A DNA stretch of 64,000 nucleotides from Marsupella aquatica. Taxonomy: Eukaryota; Plantae; Marchantiophyta. Positions within the stretch are counted from its first letter, which is position 1; every line of letters starts with the position of its first letter. This document shows positions 26,620 to 37,534 of the stretch, one piece after another. The notes beneath the pieces are model-generated. The model saw nothing but the letters and a program-made list of their open reading frames with translations, was not told the origin of the DNA and made no database searches. The position numbers were made by a program, and so were the translations under genes. Location: NCBI GenBank assembly GCA_973895155.1, contig OZ316893.1:11599660-11663659 (forward strand). Direction: 5' to 3'.

Positions 26620-27230
26620 CCCCGGTGGGCGCCACCTGGCATCTCCATAAGGGCAGTCGGGGCGCATGGCAGGCCCTCTTAAGAGGAGCCCTGCGAGTGA
26701 GGGGGGGAGGCCGCGAGCCCTGCATAGGGCCGCATGCAGGAGACGGAGGAAGGGGGATTTAAAATTCCCCGGCTATGGGGCGTGAGTGTGCAGCCGGGGC
26801 GAGCCAAAGCGAGCCAAGGTAGGGCAGCCGAAGAAGGGAGGAAGGAGTCGGGGGGAGTATTAACTCTCCCGTGTGTGGCAAAAGAGGGGGGATTTAATTC
26901 CCCATACCAGGGGGAGCGCTACGGGAGGCGTACCGAGCTGTGCCCCAAAAAGTGGGGCCAGTAAAGGTGGGGGGGTATTAAACCCTCCCGCGAGCCAACA
27001 GGAAGGCGCAGGGCTGCCGGTACGCGAGGCGCTGCATAGGGCAGCGTGTGGCAAAAGAGGGGGGGAATTAAATCTTCCGGCCTCGGAGGTAACAGGGCGC
27101 AGTGCGAGCCCTGCATAGGGCCACGTGCTGCCGGGTGGCTCCCGCGAGTTGGTGGGAGGAGGGCGTAGAGAGGTGAGCCAGGGTACCAGGGCAGCCGGGG
27201 CGCGAAGTGAGCCGGGGCGCATGGCGAAAA
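26620..27230. repeat. GC-rich array of short palindromes/hairpins
   Basis: About five GGGGA-TTTAA-TCCCC-like motifs, three (C)CTGCATAGGGC and two GTGTGGCAAAAGAGGGGGG. Confidence 0.65.
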
Positions 27231-27381
27231 GAAGCCATGGGGTTTCCTTTTTTTCTCCCTATTTTCTCACTTTCTCTCTTTTGCAAGACAACTCATTGGC
27301 GAAAGCAAAAACTCGGGCTCTCTCTCAACTCTTGCCAAAAGCTCTCTCCACGTTTTGCAACTATTTTAGAAGCTCTTTCTC

Positions 27382-29438
27382 ATGGTCAATTGTTGGGGCT
27401 TGGTGGCGTGATTCTTCCGGGCATTAGCGGCAGCAGCATTGAGTGGCTTCTGAGGGAATTGAGGGTAATTGATTGATCGGGATACGGGGGCCGTTTTGGG
27501 CCAGGGAATTGATATTTCTACGGGTGACGGGATTTGGTGATTGAGGATTTGATTTCTGGATGCATGGATGCTGGATCAACCAGAGTTTAGTGCGGCACGC
27601 GTTCGGAGATACAAGGTTGCTTACCGTGACTACGTTGAGACATTGATTGCAAGAGAGAGAGAAGAGAGAGAAACTATGATGAGTACTGGACTGGCGGCAA
27701 GTTCCGCACCGGTGAGTAGGAAGGTTTTCTGTCAAATTTATCCCAAAACCTCCGCCAAGGTGATGGAGGATTGTAGGAATATTTTTCAAGCCACCGGGCT
27801 CACGGAGTTCATGAAGGTGGAGATTACAATCCCTTCGGGGAAGAGTTGGAACATTGAGGCCGGGATGGAGGTACGTACGGAAGGAATCTACTTTGAATGT
27901 CTCCAACGGGTAGTGCCCCATGTGGAGTTAGCTAAGCTCCTGTTTCTGGAGAACCAACAATTCTCATTCACACCCCGGAACATAAGGGGAGAGCTCACGT
28001 TGACAATGGTGGCCGGTTGGGTGATTAATCCCACCTCCACTACTTCCATTCCTCTTTCTGCCGTTAAGGATGCTGAGCACAAGGGATTTCTGGCCAAGGT
28101 TCATCAACGGGTCCTTGGTAACGTGCAATCCGGGGTGGTGAATGGAGAGCATTTCGTGGTAGCTATGGACATCAAAAACTATCTAGCCCATGTGTACAGA
28201 TGGTGGTACTATGGGTTGAAGAAGCTATTGGACACCGATCCCGAGAGTGTGAAACCAGGTGGGGCTGTACACTTGATGGGGTCATTTTTGCTGGCCAGAG
28301 CAGAAGGGTGGATTGTTTCCCCGGGACTGGAAGACTCTAGATCATCCCTTACCACGGAAATCAGGAGTATTGCCACTACCATCGTGGGGAAACTAACGGA
28401 GGGATCATCGTCGGCGGTTGGGGATGATAATAGAGAGGAAGAAAACCAAGATGAGGACTCCAATGACTCCACATTGGAGTGGCTTGAATCACTTGTGGGA
28501 GATCCGGAGGAGCCACTGGTCTACGACATTCCTGATATCTACCTGGCAGAGTTACGGGAATTCCGGGAGGGAGTCCATGAGGGACTCAAGCTAGTCCACG
28601 CATTGAGAGATTCTCTCAAGCAGGCCACCGCCAGAGTAGAGACTTTGAAGCATAGTGCCCTGTCTATGAAGGAGGTGATCAAGGCCAAGGAGGAGGCCAT
28701 TCATGAGAAGGTTAAACTTCTCCAAGCAGCTCACGTAGAGATCTCCAACTTGAAGGGAGCCTTGTCCACCAAGGCCAAGGAAGCGGAAGAGGTTGGAGTA
28801 TGGAAACAGGCATTGGCCAAAGAGAAGCAGAATTCTGGAGAAGTGGTGGAGTTAAGAGCCCAGGTGGGAGCACTACGGAGTCAAATGGTGATCTTTGAGA
28901 CAAGGGCTAAGAGGAGTGAGGCCTTGAGTCTGGGGAAATGGAAGAACCCCTACACACCTAGCTCCACACTTTCCCCGGATTGGTCTCCAGGGCCATTGAG
29001 ATGGTGGTGAAGGAAGTCAGTGGGAAGTATGGACCCCTATTGGATGCAGCCAAGAAGAGTCAAGAGAAGAGCAAGAGCTTAGAGAAGAAGCTCAGGGAGG
29101 TACGTAAATCGTTACGAGAAGCTCAAGTCAACACGGGGACCCTAGGGATGCCACCCCGATCTGTCACCCCTGGGACTCCCATGGCCACCGGGCACGTTTT
29201 ACCGTTGGAGTTGCGGTCCGGTGAAGAGGCGGCCTTATGGAAGGACACCATTGGTGAGGGGTATATTAAGGCGTGGCAAGCCTTGGCCAATTTGAGGAAG
29301 CAGGGGAGCACTAGCACAAGGAGTACCCCGGTGAAAAAGAAGAGGAGTGAAGTGGCACTCACTCTAGTGGAGAGTGATGAGGAAGCCCACTCACGGGGCT
29401 CAAGCCAGGGCACCGTGAGTGAAAAGGAGGAGGATTAG
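27382..29438 (+). pseudogene. Decayed retroelement accessory protein (plant-transposon-protein-like domain + coiled coil)
   Basis: The 480 aa ORF 27568-29010 extends in frame to ATG 27382 through TGA/TAA stops and continues by frameshift in 28980-29438. Acidic linker, then heptad-rich C-terminus; distantly similar to the 43101-43952 protein. Confidence 0.55.
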
Positions 29439-30540
29439 AGTGGTCGTACGGACGTGGTTGTACGGCCCCTTGACTTTCCAACTTTTTTGTGAGGGGTCAC
29501 TCACGGGCTTTTTGGAAAGAGCTCGCTGAGCTGATTCCAACAAGAGGCGGCGCTCCTCAAACGGAGCCAGGATGAGCAAGTTAGGGCCCGACGAAGTTGG
29601 GTTTACGGGATACTGAAACGACCATAACTTGGTCGTCCAATGTCCGTTTCAAGAGCGGTTGAGTGCTTCATGATCAAGAGGAGGAGGGCTATCCAGGGGT
29701 GAACTCAGAAGTGCAAGTGGAAGGGCGCCTAGTTTCAGCCATTGTGGGGTTCCTTGCAATTTCACGGTTCACGGAGTAACGTTGGGGCACCGTCGAAGGC
29801 ACCGTTGGCCCCATTGTTAGTTTAGGGTTTAGGGTTTTAGAAGCATGTGTGTGCCGCATGGTTTTAGTTTAGGGGTTTCTTAGTAAAGGGTTTAGCGGCA
29901 CCGCTAGGATAAGCCGCCATCGTTGTGGACCAATGAGGGGTGCTTTGGTGTGTTTTTTTGGTATTTAGGGGGAGGGCCCCGGAGTAGTTGCGGGGGGGGG
30001 AACTCAGTCTAGTATTTGCTTAGGGAAGTTAGCTCATAGCCAGAAGAGGGAATCAAGCCAGAGTAGTGAGGTAGAGGTGTAGCACTTGCCCCAGTGAGGC
30101 AGTAGTTGGGCAGACGGCAGGAGGCCGGGTTGTCCTTGCAATGTGTTACGATGTTTTGCCAAAAGATATGGATTTGGTTTGATTCTTCAAGTTTTGGTGT
30201 GGCGTTATTTTTTCTGGTTCAAGATTGTGCTCTTTCCCCAAGAAGTGTCTAAGGAATCCTTGCACGGTTTGGTCAACCCTGTGAGTAGGAGGAGTGGTGA
30301 CAACACTCCACCAACGACCAGTAGGAGTGTGTGTGTGGCGTAGTCCATGGGACTTGATCAAAAGCAGAGCGGCTAGTCGATAGACTTGATCAAAAATTAC
30401 ATTTCCGGAGCGGAAATAAACATACTCATCCTACATGCAATAGAATCCTAATAGCGTCCATCCACATTCTCGTCATACGATAACAAACGATTTTAGTAGG
30501 AATAAATACGTATTTTCCATGTAAATCGTTTGATAAGCAG

Positions 30541-31155
30541 GTGACAGGCATGGAAGGGAAGTAGCCTCGACTCTTCCTAGAAGGTGATAGTCTCACAAAA
30601 GTGTCTTTAGAACACTAGTGTGGGTGAAATGCAGACTCGGTGAGGGAGACCGACCACTTTTTGTTGGTGACTTTCCGTCTGGCAAGGCATTTGCATTTGT
30701 TGCAAGGGAAGGTATGAACCTACTAACTAAACTCTTGCATCTTTTTCCATAAGTGCATTCTTGTGAGCATGGTACTAGACAAATAATATAAGGACTTCTA
30801 ATTTGCAAAATGTTGTTGTTGTCTTGTTTTGCTTGCCAGAGTAGTAGGAGAAATGGTCCATCAACCACATAGGATTGATTATCACCGAGTTGGGGGAAAT
30901 GTTGCACTTAGGCTTCCTGGAAGTCATATACGTACATACCATGACTTACAAGGTGCCCTCAAAATGTCCCATGGGAAGGTGGTGGCTTGGCTGATGGATG
31001 GTATGTCCATGCAAATCTCTGCTGCTATTAGCGCTCATCATAGACAGGATGAAGAGGAAGTAATAGCACTTGAGGGTCCTAATGATTTTGGATGGATAAA
31101 TAATGAACACCTTGCTAATGAAGAGGACTTGAGAACATTTGGGATCATCGCCGAG
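30541..31155 (+). pseudogene. Spliced relic, possibly a CACTA TnpA-like C-terminal domain
   Basis: Exon-like pieces ...AFVAREG|gt, ag|VVGEMV...VALRLPG...LQGALKMSHGKVVAWL..., ending GAG|GTACT at the copia insertion. Motif resemblance is weak. Confidence 0.25.
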
Positions 31156-31160
31156 GTACT

Positions 31161-31527
31161 TGTTGGGTATTTACTCTTACGTCTAGGTTAGGTATGACGT
31201 GGTTGGTACAACAACGTGGTTATGTACAACTATGTGGTTAGGTACAACTACGTGGTTAGGTACAACTAAGTTGCACACTATATCATAAGAGGCATGTGTG
31301 CTTGGAGAGGTAGAACCAAGGCTCATTGTTATGGAGCCACTTGAGAGATAGGGAGAGCTTACACTGTGGAGACTCGGTATAGCCGACGGGCTTAGAGTTC
31401 AGTAAAGCTCTCTTGTGTGTTCCCGTGGACGTAGCCTCAAGGAGGTAAACCACGTATCTCTTGTGTCGACTATTGTGCGTTGGATGGTTCATGGGCTTGC
31501 TGTTGCGATCGTCGTCTATGCTCAACA
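31161..31527 (+). repeat. 5' LTR of copia element
   Basis: TG...CA, 367 bp; about 7 substitutions plus an 18 bp repeat-unit difference versus the 3' LTR. Confidence 0.95.
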
Positions 31528-31529
31528 AT

Positions 31530-31541
31530 TGGTATCAGAGC
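31530..31541 (+). promoter_or_regulatory. Primer-binding site (tRNA-iMet)
   Basis: TGGTATCAGAGC 2 nt after the 5' LTR. Confidence 0.92.
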
Positions 31542-32680
31542 ATGCTTGGGAGGTGACGTGTGTTCGTGACAGGATTTCATGACGGTTTTTCCAGCGTTGA
31601 GTGTCGGTGGGTTTCCCAGAGTTCCGTCGCATGGAACTTGGAGTTTATTGGCTCAACGGATAGATCAGGGCAAGAGCTTTCTAACGGTGTGAAGAAATCG
31701 CTGAACGGAGCTCGTGGTGCAGAGAGATCTAAGTTTTCGTTGTTCTGGATTTTGTGAAGAAAGTTGGCAATCGACTCGGAGGGAGAAGCGTCAAGTGTTT
31801 TGACTCAACGGAGAGATTGAGGCAAGACGATTGTTTTGAGTCCGGGATTGGCTCTTTGATGCAAAGAGGAAGGCTAAGCAAAATCAATTACCTTGTTGGA
31901 CTTGGTGACGGCACCAAGTGCAATTGATCAACATTCGTTGTTGACAAGGTACCATTTTTTTCTCTTTGAAAAACTGATTCGAAATTGGCTATGGCAATTG
32001 AAAGAAATCTGTCATCTTTCCCATTTTTTTTCTCCCTCGTTCTTTCCTCGTTTTGGGTGCTTCTTATATCGATCTTCACCGCCTCGGAGTCTAGTTTCCA
32101 AATCTGAAATCAGTTCTTGATTTCGTCAAAACTCGAGTGAGATATCTTGCGTTTGGTGTCGAGGGGTACATTCTGCCGTGTGTATTTTCTGCGGGCGCGA
32201 CCAGATTTCGACGACGAAGGATGGTAGGGGGTTTTGGGGGTTCGAGGACACGTGTCAGCCCCTCGATTGTTCTTCCAAAATTCTCACAGGGCCTGTACAA
32301 GGGTCATAGAATATTCCAAAAAACCAGAGAGCTATTTTTTGACCGTCCGACAAAGATTTCATCCGCCGAACGGTAACTTTTTTGGTTATTTTTCGGCGAG
32401 GTCGTAGCCATTGAAGTTGGCAACGCGGCGCACCAATCACATCGCAATTCCGACAACGGGTTGTACTTGGTATTTTGGTTATTCCCTGAGGTGGTCAAAA
32501 CGGGGGAGTTTCCCAAGGTTTTACCCACCTCGATCGAAATTTGAATAACTTTTCCGTCAAATTTCAATTTTGATTTCGGTTTTCAGTATTGGACTCCTAG
32601 CTTTGTGGGCTACGCGGCGGTGTTGAGTTTCGAGTTTTTTGAGAAGTTGTGAAAAACAACATTTTTTGTGATTTTCTCAT

Positions 32681-35600
32681 ATGAGTGATTCGGAGGAGTT
32701 TTTTGAAGACGTGGAACTTGAAGCACGAGGATCACCGCGGAGGTTTCAGGGGCAGAGAGAGGAGCAGGAGGAAGAGCACGTGACACCGATACCATCACCG
32801 GTGCGGCGTGTGGTGGAGGAAGCAGTACTACTACCGAAGCTCACGGTAATGCCAAAGAAGAAGATGGGGACTTTCAAGCTTGGGGGGCCTAAGTATGAAG
32901 TGACAAAGTATGATGGGTGCTCTGACTACTTGCTATGGGAGAAGCGGGTGAAGGGAGTGCTCTATGCGTCAGGGATGGGCCAACTGCTGAGCCCTCGTGA
33001 AGACGATGTTGATGAGAAACAATGGGACCGCATGCAGGAGCAGGGAGTGTGGTGTGTTACACTCTATCTCATGTCTCCCATCATCAAGCAGTTGGGTGCA
33101 CATAAGGATTGCATGTCCTTGTTTGCGGAATTGTAGAGCAAGTATCACCGCAAGGAGTTGTCGAACCGGCTCTACACTTCCTACAAACTGATGAGTTTCA
33201 GGATGAAGGAATCCGGTACGAAGTTGCAAGACCATGTGGATGCTTTCAACAACATGGTCGTTGACTTGGAAAACCTTGGGGAGACTTTGAATGATGAGAC
33301 GAAGGCTCTACAGCTTCTTAGTTCATTGCCTCAATCTTACCAGTCCCTATCACGAGTGTTGTTGCATCGTGATAGGGATACCATTTCATACAATAACGTG
33401 GTAAGTTCTCTGCTTAGTGATGATCTTCAGCAGAAGATGCACATCACGTCACAGCCTTCATCATCTAGTGCTGCCCTCAATGTTAACCGTGGGAGGAGTA
33501 TGCAGCGACCAACTGGGGACCGTAGAACCCAGTTTAGATCTAAATCCAGATCTAAGTCCAAGGGTAAATCCCCTCAGAGGAGGAAGGTGACATGTTGGAA
33601 GTGCAACCAAGTTGGACACTTCAAGCGAGACTGTAAGGGAAAGGCAGCGGAAACTTCATCGGCAAATGTGGCTAGGGCTGATGGAGAAGCTGATTTACTC
33701 AATGATGAGTATGTTTTATGAAGTCGGGGGTATGCCCTGTGCACGTCATCTAGGAGAGCAGATGATGTGTGGATTCTTGATTGTGCTTGCTCTTTTCATA
33801 TTTGTTACATTCATGAGTTTTTCAGTTCTTACTCTGTTTCAAACGGTTCAGTTCTGATGGGAAATGATCACTCCTGTCAAATTGAGGGAATTGGGTCTGT
33901 GAAGATTCAAATGTTTGATGGCGCTATGCGCACAGTGTCCGGAGTCAGGTATGTACCTGGCATGCGTAAGAATCTGATTTCACTCGGTGTGTTGGATTCA
34001 AATGGTCATCAATGGAGCGTTATTGATGGTGAACTTCAAGTCAGGTCGGGAGAGATAGTGATTTTGAAGGGGAGTAGACAAAAGAATTTGTATGTGTTAC
34101 AGGGCAATACTGTATGTGGAGAGGCCAATGTAACCAAGTCTCACGAGGAGATGACTCAACTGTGGCATTCACGGCTAGGCCACATGAGTGAGAAGGGTTT
34201 TGGCTATCTTACGGAAGAATGGACTCATTTCTGATTTGCAATCTTGTAAATTAGAGTTTTGTGAGCATTGCATTCTTGGAAAGCAGCATCGTCGTGCTTT
34301 TGGTGTTGGAACTCATCGTTCCAAAGCGATTCTTGAGTACATACATAGTGACGTGTGGGGTCCATCCCCGACTCCCTCACACTCTGGAAAGTTGTACTAT
34401 GTATCATTTATTGATGATTACTCAAGATTTGTGTGGATTTATTTCATGACGCATAAGTCTGATGTCTTGTCCATTTTTAAGAAGTGGAAGGCCTAGGTGG
34501 AGAATCAGATTGGAAACACGATCAAGTGTTTGGATACAAGGGTGAAGAGTCTGAGGTCAGACAATGGCGGGGAGTACACTTCAATGGAATTTGAAGAGTA
34601 CTGTTCAAAACAAGGGATAACTCGCCATGTCACCATAGTTTATACTCCGCAGCAGAATGGTGTCGCTGAGAGGCTCAATCGGACACAGTTGGAGCGGTCA
34701 CGGAGTATGTTGAGCCAATCAGGTTTACCACAAGAATTTTGGGCAGAAACTATCAATACCGCAGCTTATTTGGTAAATCTTTCTCCTTCTAGTGCTATCA
34801 ATTTCAAAACGCCGTTTGAGATGCGCTATAAGCGGCAAGCAGACTATCATGGCTTGGTAGTTTTTGGAAGTGATGCATATGCTCTCACACCGAAGCAGAA
34901 TAGGACCAAGTTGGATCTTACCTCCAAGAAATGTGTTTTTCTTGGGTACCAGAGTGGTGTGAAAGCCTATAGGCTATGGGATCCTATTGCCTGTAAGCTC
35001 GTTGTCAGTAGGGATATTTCCTTCAATGAATCCAAATTATTGAAGGAGGGGGAGAATACTCAGGTCTCCCGTACTGACAAAGGAAAATCTCTTATCCCGG
35101 ATCTCGTTGAGGGGGAGATTGGTTATGAGGTGCATGACCGAAGAGAAGGAGTTGCTCCAATTATGGAGCTAGTTCCTGTGCCAGAGGAACCAAAGGAGTT
35201 TGTTGATGCTGGTGAGCAGCAAGTGGATGCTGTTGAGCTTCAAATTGTACCAGCATACGCAGATCAACCGGAGTCATCGGCTAGAAGAACATCTGGTCGC
35301 ACTGTACGCGCTCCACCAAGGTATGGACAGTGGGTTGATTCATCTCAACTGCAAGAGGATGATTTTACAGCTGATGATGAGGGTGATGCGTTAATTTTGG
35401 AAGAAGGGGAACCTTCTTCATTTCATGAGGCAAGTGCTTCAAAGGAGAAGCAGAAGTGGACTGCAGCAATGCAAACGGAGATGCAGTCACTAAAGGACAA
35501 CAAAACTTGGGAGCTTGTTAAGCTGCCTAAGGGTCAGCAAGTGGTGGACAACAAGTGGATTTACAAGCTGAAGGATAATTCCATAGGAGGTGGATCGAAG

Positions 35601-36995
35601 GTCTACAAGGCTAGGTTGGTAGCAAAGGGATTCACACAAGAGAAAGGTGTGGATTACAATGAGGTCTTCTCACCAGTTGCTAAGTAGTCTATAATACGAC
35701 TATTGTGTGTACTTGTTGTAATGTTTGGTCTGTTGCTAGATCAGATGGATGTTGTCATAGCTTTCCTCTATGGCACATTGGAAGAGGTGATCTTCATGAG
35801 ACAACCGCTAGGTTTTGTGAAGAGAGGACAGGAGGAATTGGTTTGCAGATTGCTGAAATCCTTGTATGGGTTGAAGCAGTCACCAAGACAGTGGAACAAG
35901 CGGTTTGACGATTGAATTCGGTCACAAGGTTTTCACAGAAGTGTATTTGACCCTTGTGTGTATTTGAAACCGGAAAAGAATGTTGTCTTTGGGTTCATTG
36001 TTTTAGTACTTTATGTGGATGATATGCTAATTGCAGCCAAGGATAGGTCTGAGATTGTTAAGCTCAAGGCACTGCTTAGTGCAGAGTTTAAGATGAAGGA
36101 CTTAGGACCAGCTAAGAGGATTTTGGGTATGGAGATCACTAGGGACTTGGAGGCTGGCAAGCTATGGTTGACGCAGAGCAGTTATGCGAGGAAGGTAATT
36201 GCAAGGTTCAACATGGGGAATAGCAAGCCAGTAAGTACCCCGTTGGCTCCACACTTCAAGTTATCATCAGCGTTCTGTCCTACGGATGACACAGAGAAGG
36301 GGTTGATGTCAAAGGTTCCGTATGACAAGGCAGTGGGGAGTCTAATGTATTTGATGACTTGCACTAGACCTGATCTTGCCATGGCTATGGGCAAGGTGAG
36401 CAGGTACATGTCGAATCCAGGGAAGGTACACTGGGAAGCAGTGAAGTGGATTATCAGGTACTTGAAAGGTACCGTGGATCATGGTCTTTTATTTGATGCG
36501 AATGCAAAGAATGCTAAATCATTGATTGGCTATGTTGATTCTGACTATGGACAAGATTTGGACCGAAGGAGATCAACAACAGGATACGTGTTCACACTTG
36601 GCGGTGGATGCATAAGTTGGAGATCTACTTTGCAGAAGTGTATTGCTCAGTCTACTACAGAAGCGGAGTATGTTGCAGCTGCGGAAGCAGCAAAGGAAGC
36701 GATTTGGTTGGATAGACTTATCACTGAAATGGGATTGCCACAGGGGAATGTGAAGCTCCATTGTGATAGTCAAAGTGAGCTCCACCTTGCTGTGAACCAG
36801 GTGATGGACAGCAGAGTGAAGCACATTGACGTCAGGTACCATTTTATCAGGCAGGCTGTGTCTGATAATTTGTTTGAGCTAGTCAAGATTGATGGTAAAC
36901 TCAACCCGACTGACGCATTTACCAAAGTGATTCCTTTGGAGAGTTTCTCTAGACACCGTGACGTATTGCAGGTTTTGCAATTGCATCACAAGTAG
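32681..36995 (+). pseudogene. Copia gag-pol, disrupted
   Basis: CCHC CWKCNQVGHFKRDC; protease WILDCACSFH; GAG-pre-integrase LWHSRLGHMSE; integrase HSDVWGP/RSDNGGEY/PQQNGVAER; RT YKARLVAKG, LYVDDML; RNase H VDSDY..DLDRRRSTTG. Several in-frame stops and a frameshift near 34200. Confidence 0.95.
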
Positions 36996-37185
36996 AGTTT
37001 TCTTAACATTCATTGTAATTACTGATATATGCTCTTCCTCATTCCTATGTATTAGGCTACGGCTTAGTTCTGGTTTGCTCTAGTTAGAGAGGGAAACCGG
37101 TTTGGTTTTTGTCCAGAACTTCCCGCTGAGGGATCATATACATTGGCAGTATTACTCTCCCCTAGACCAGAGTCAAGGGGAAGAT

Positions 37186-37534
37186 TGTTGGGTATTTACT
37201 CTTACGTCTAGGTTAGGTATGACGTGGTTGGTACAACAACGTGGGTTGGTACAACTACGTGGTTAGGTACAACTAAGTTGCATACTATATCATAAGAGGC
37301 ATGTGTGCTTGGAGAGGTAGAACCAAGGCTCATTGTTATGGAGCCACTTGAGAGATAGGGAGAGCTTACACTGTGGAGACTTGGTATAACCGACGGGCTT
37401 AGAGTTCAGTAAAGCTCTCTTGTGTGTTCCCATGGACGTAGCCTCAAGGAGGTGAACCACGTATCTCTTGTGTCGACTATTGTGCGTTGGATGGTTCATG
37501 GGCTTGCCGTTGCGATCGTCGTCTATGCTCAAGA
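37186..37534 (+). repeat. 3' LTR of copia element
   Basis: 349 bp, preceded by the PPT AAGGGGAAGA; terminal CA mutated to GA; followed by TSD GTACT. Confidence 0.95.

Larger units (their letters stand above)
26385..30392 (-). mobile_element. ~4.0 kb solo-LTR-like unit with internal antisense ORF
   Basis: TG...CA ends with near-TSD AGAAT/AAAAT (4/5). Minus-strand end CTATTTGCCCCCCTCTAGG...AACA resembles copia U5 termini. No PBS, gag or pol. Right boundary tentative. Confidence 0.5.
31161..37534 (+). mobile_element. Full-length Ty1/copia LTR retrotransposon (inactive)
   Basis: LTRs 31161-31527 and 37186-37534; TSD GTACT on both sides; PBS TGGTATCAGAGC; PPT before the 3' LTR; gag-PR-IN-RT-RH domain order. 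Confidence 0.97.

Noticed and set aside
28980-29010. Programmed -1 frameshift between the two ORFs
   Set aside because: No clear slippery heptamer; a decay indel is the simpler explanation.
29819-29840. Interstitial telomere (TTTAGGG)
   Set aside because: Only 2-3 units inside a TE; common telo-box-like motif.
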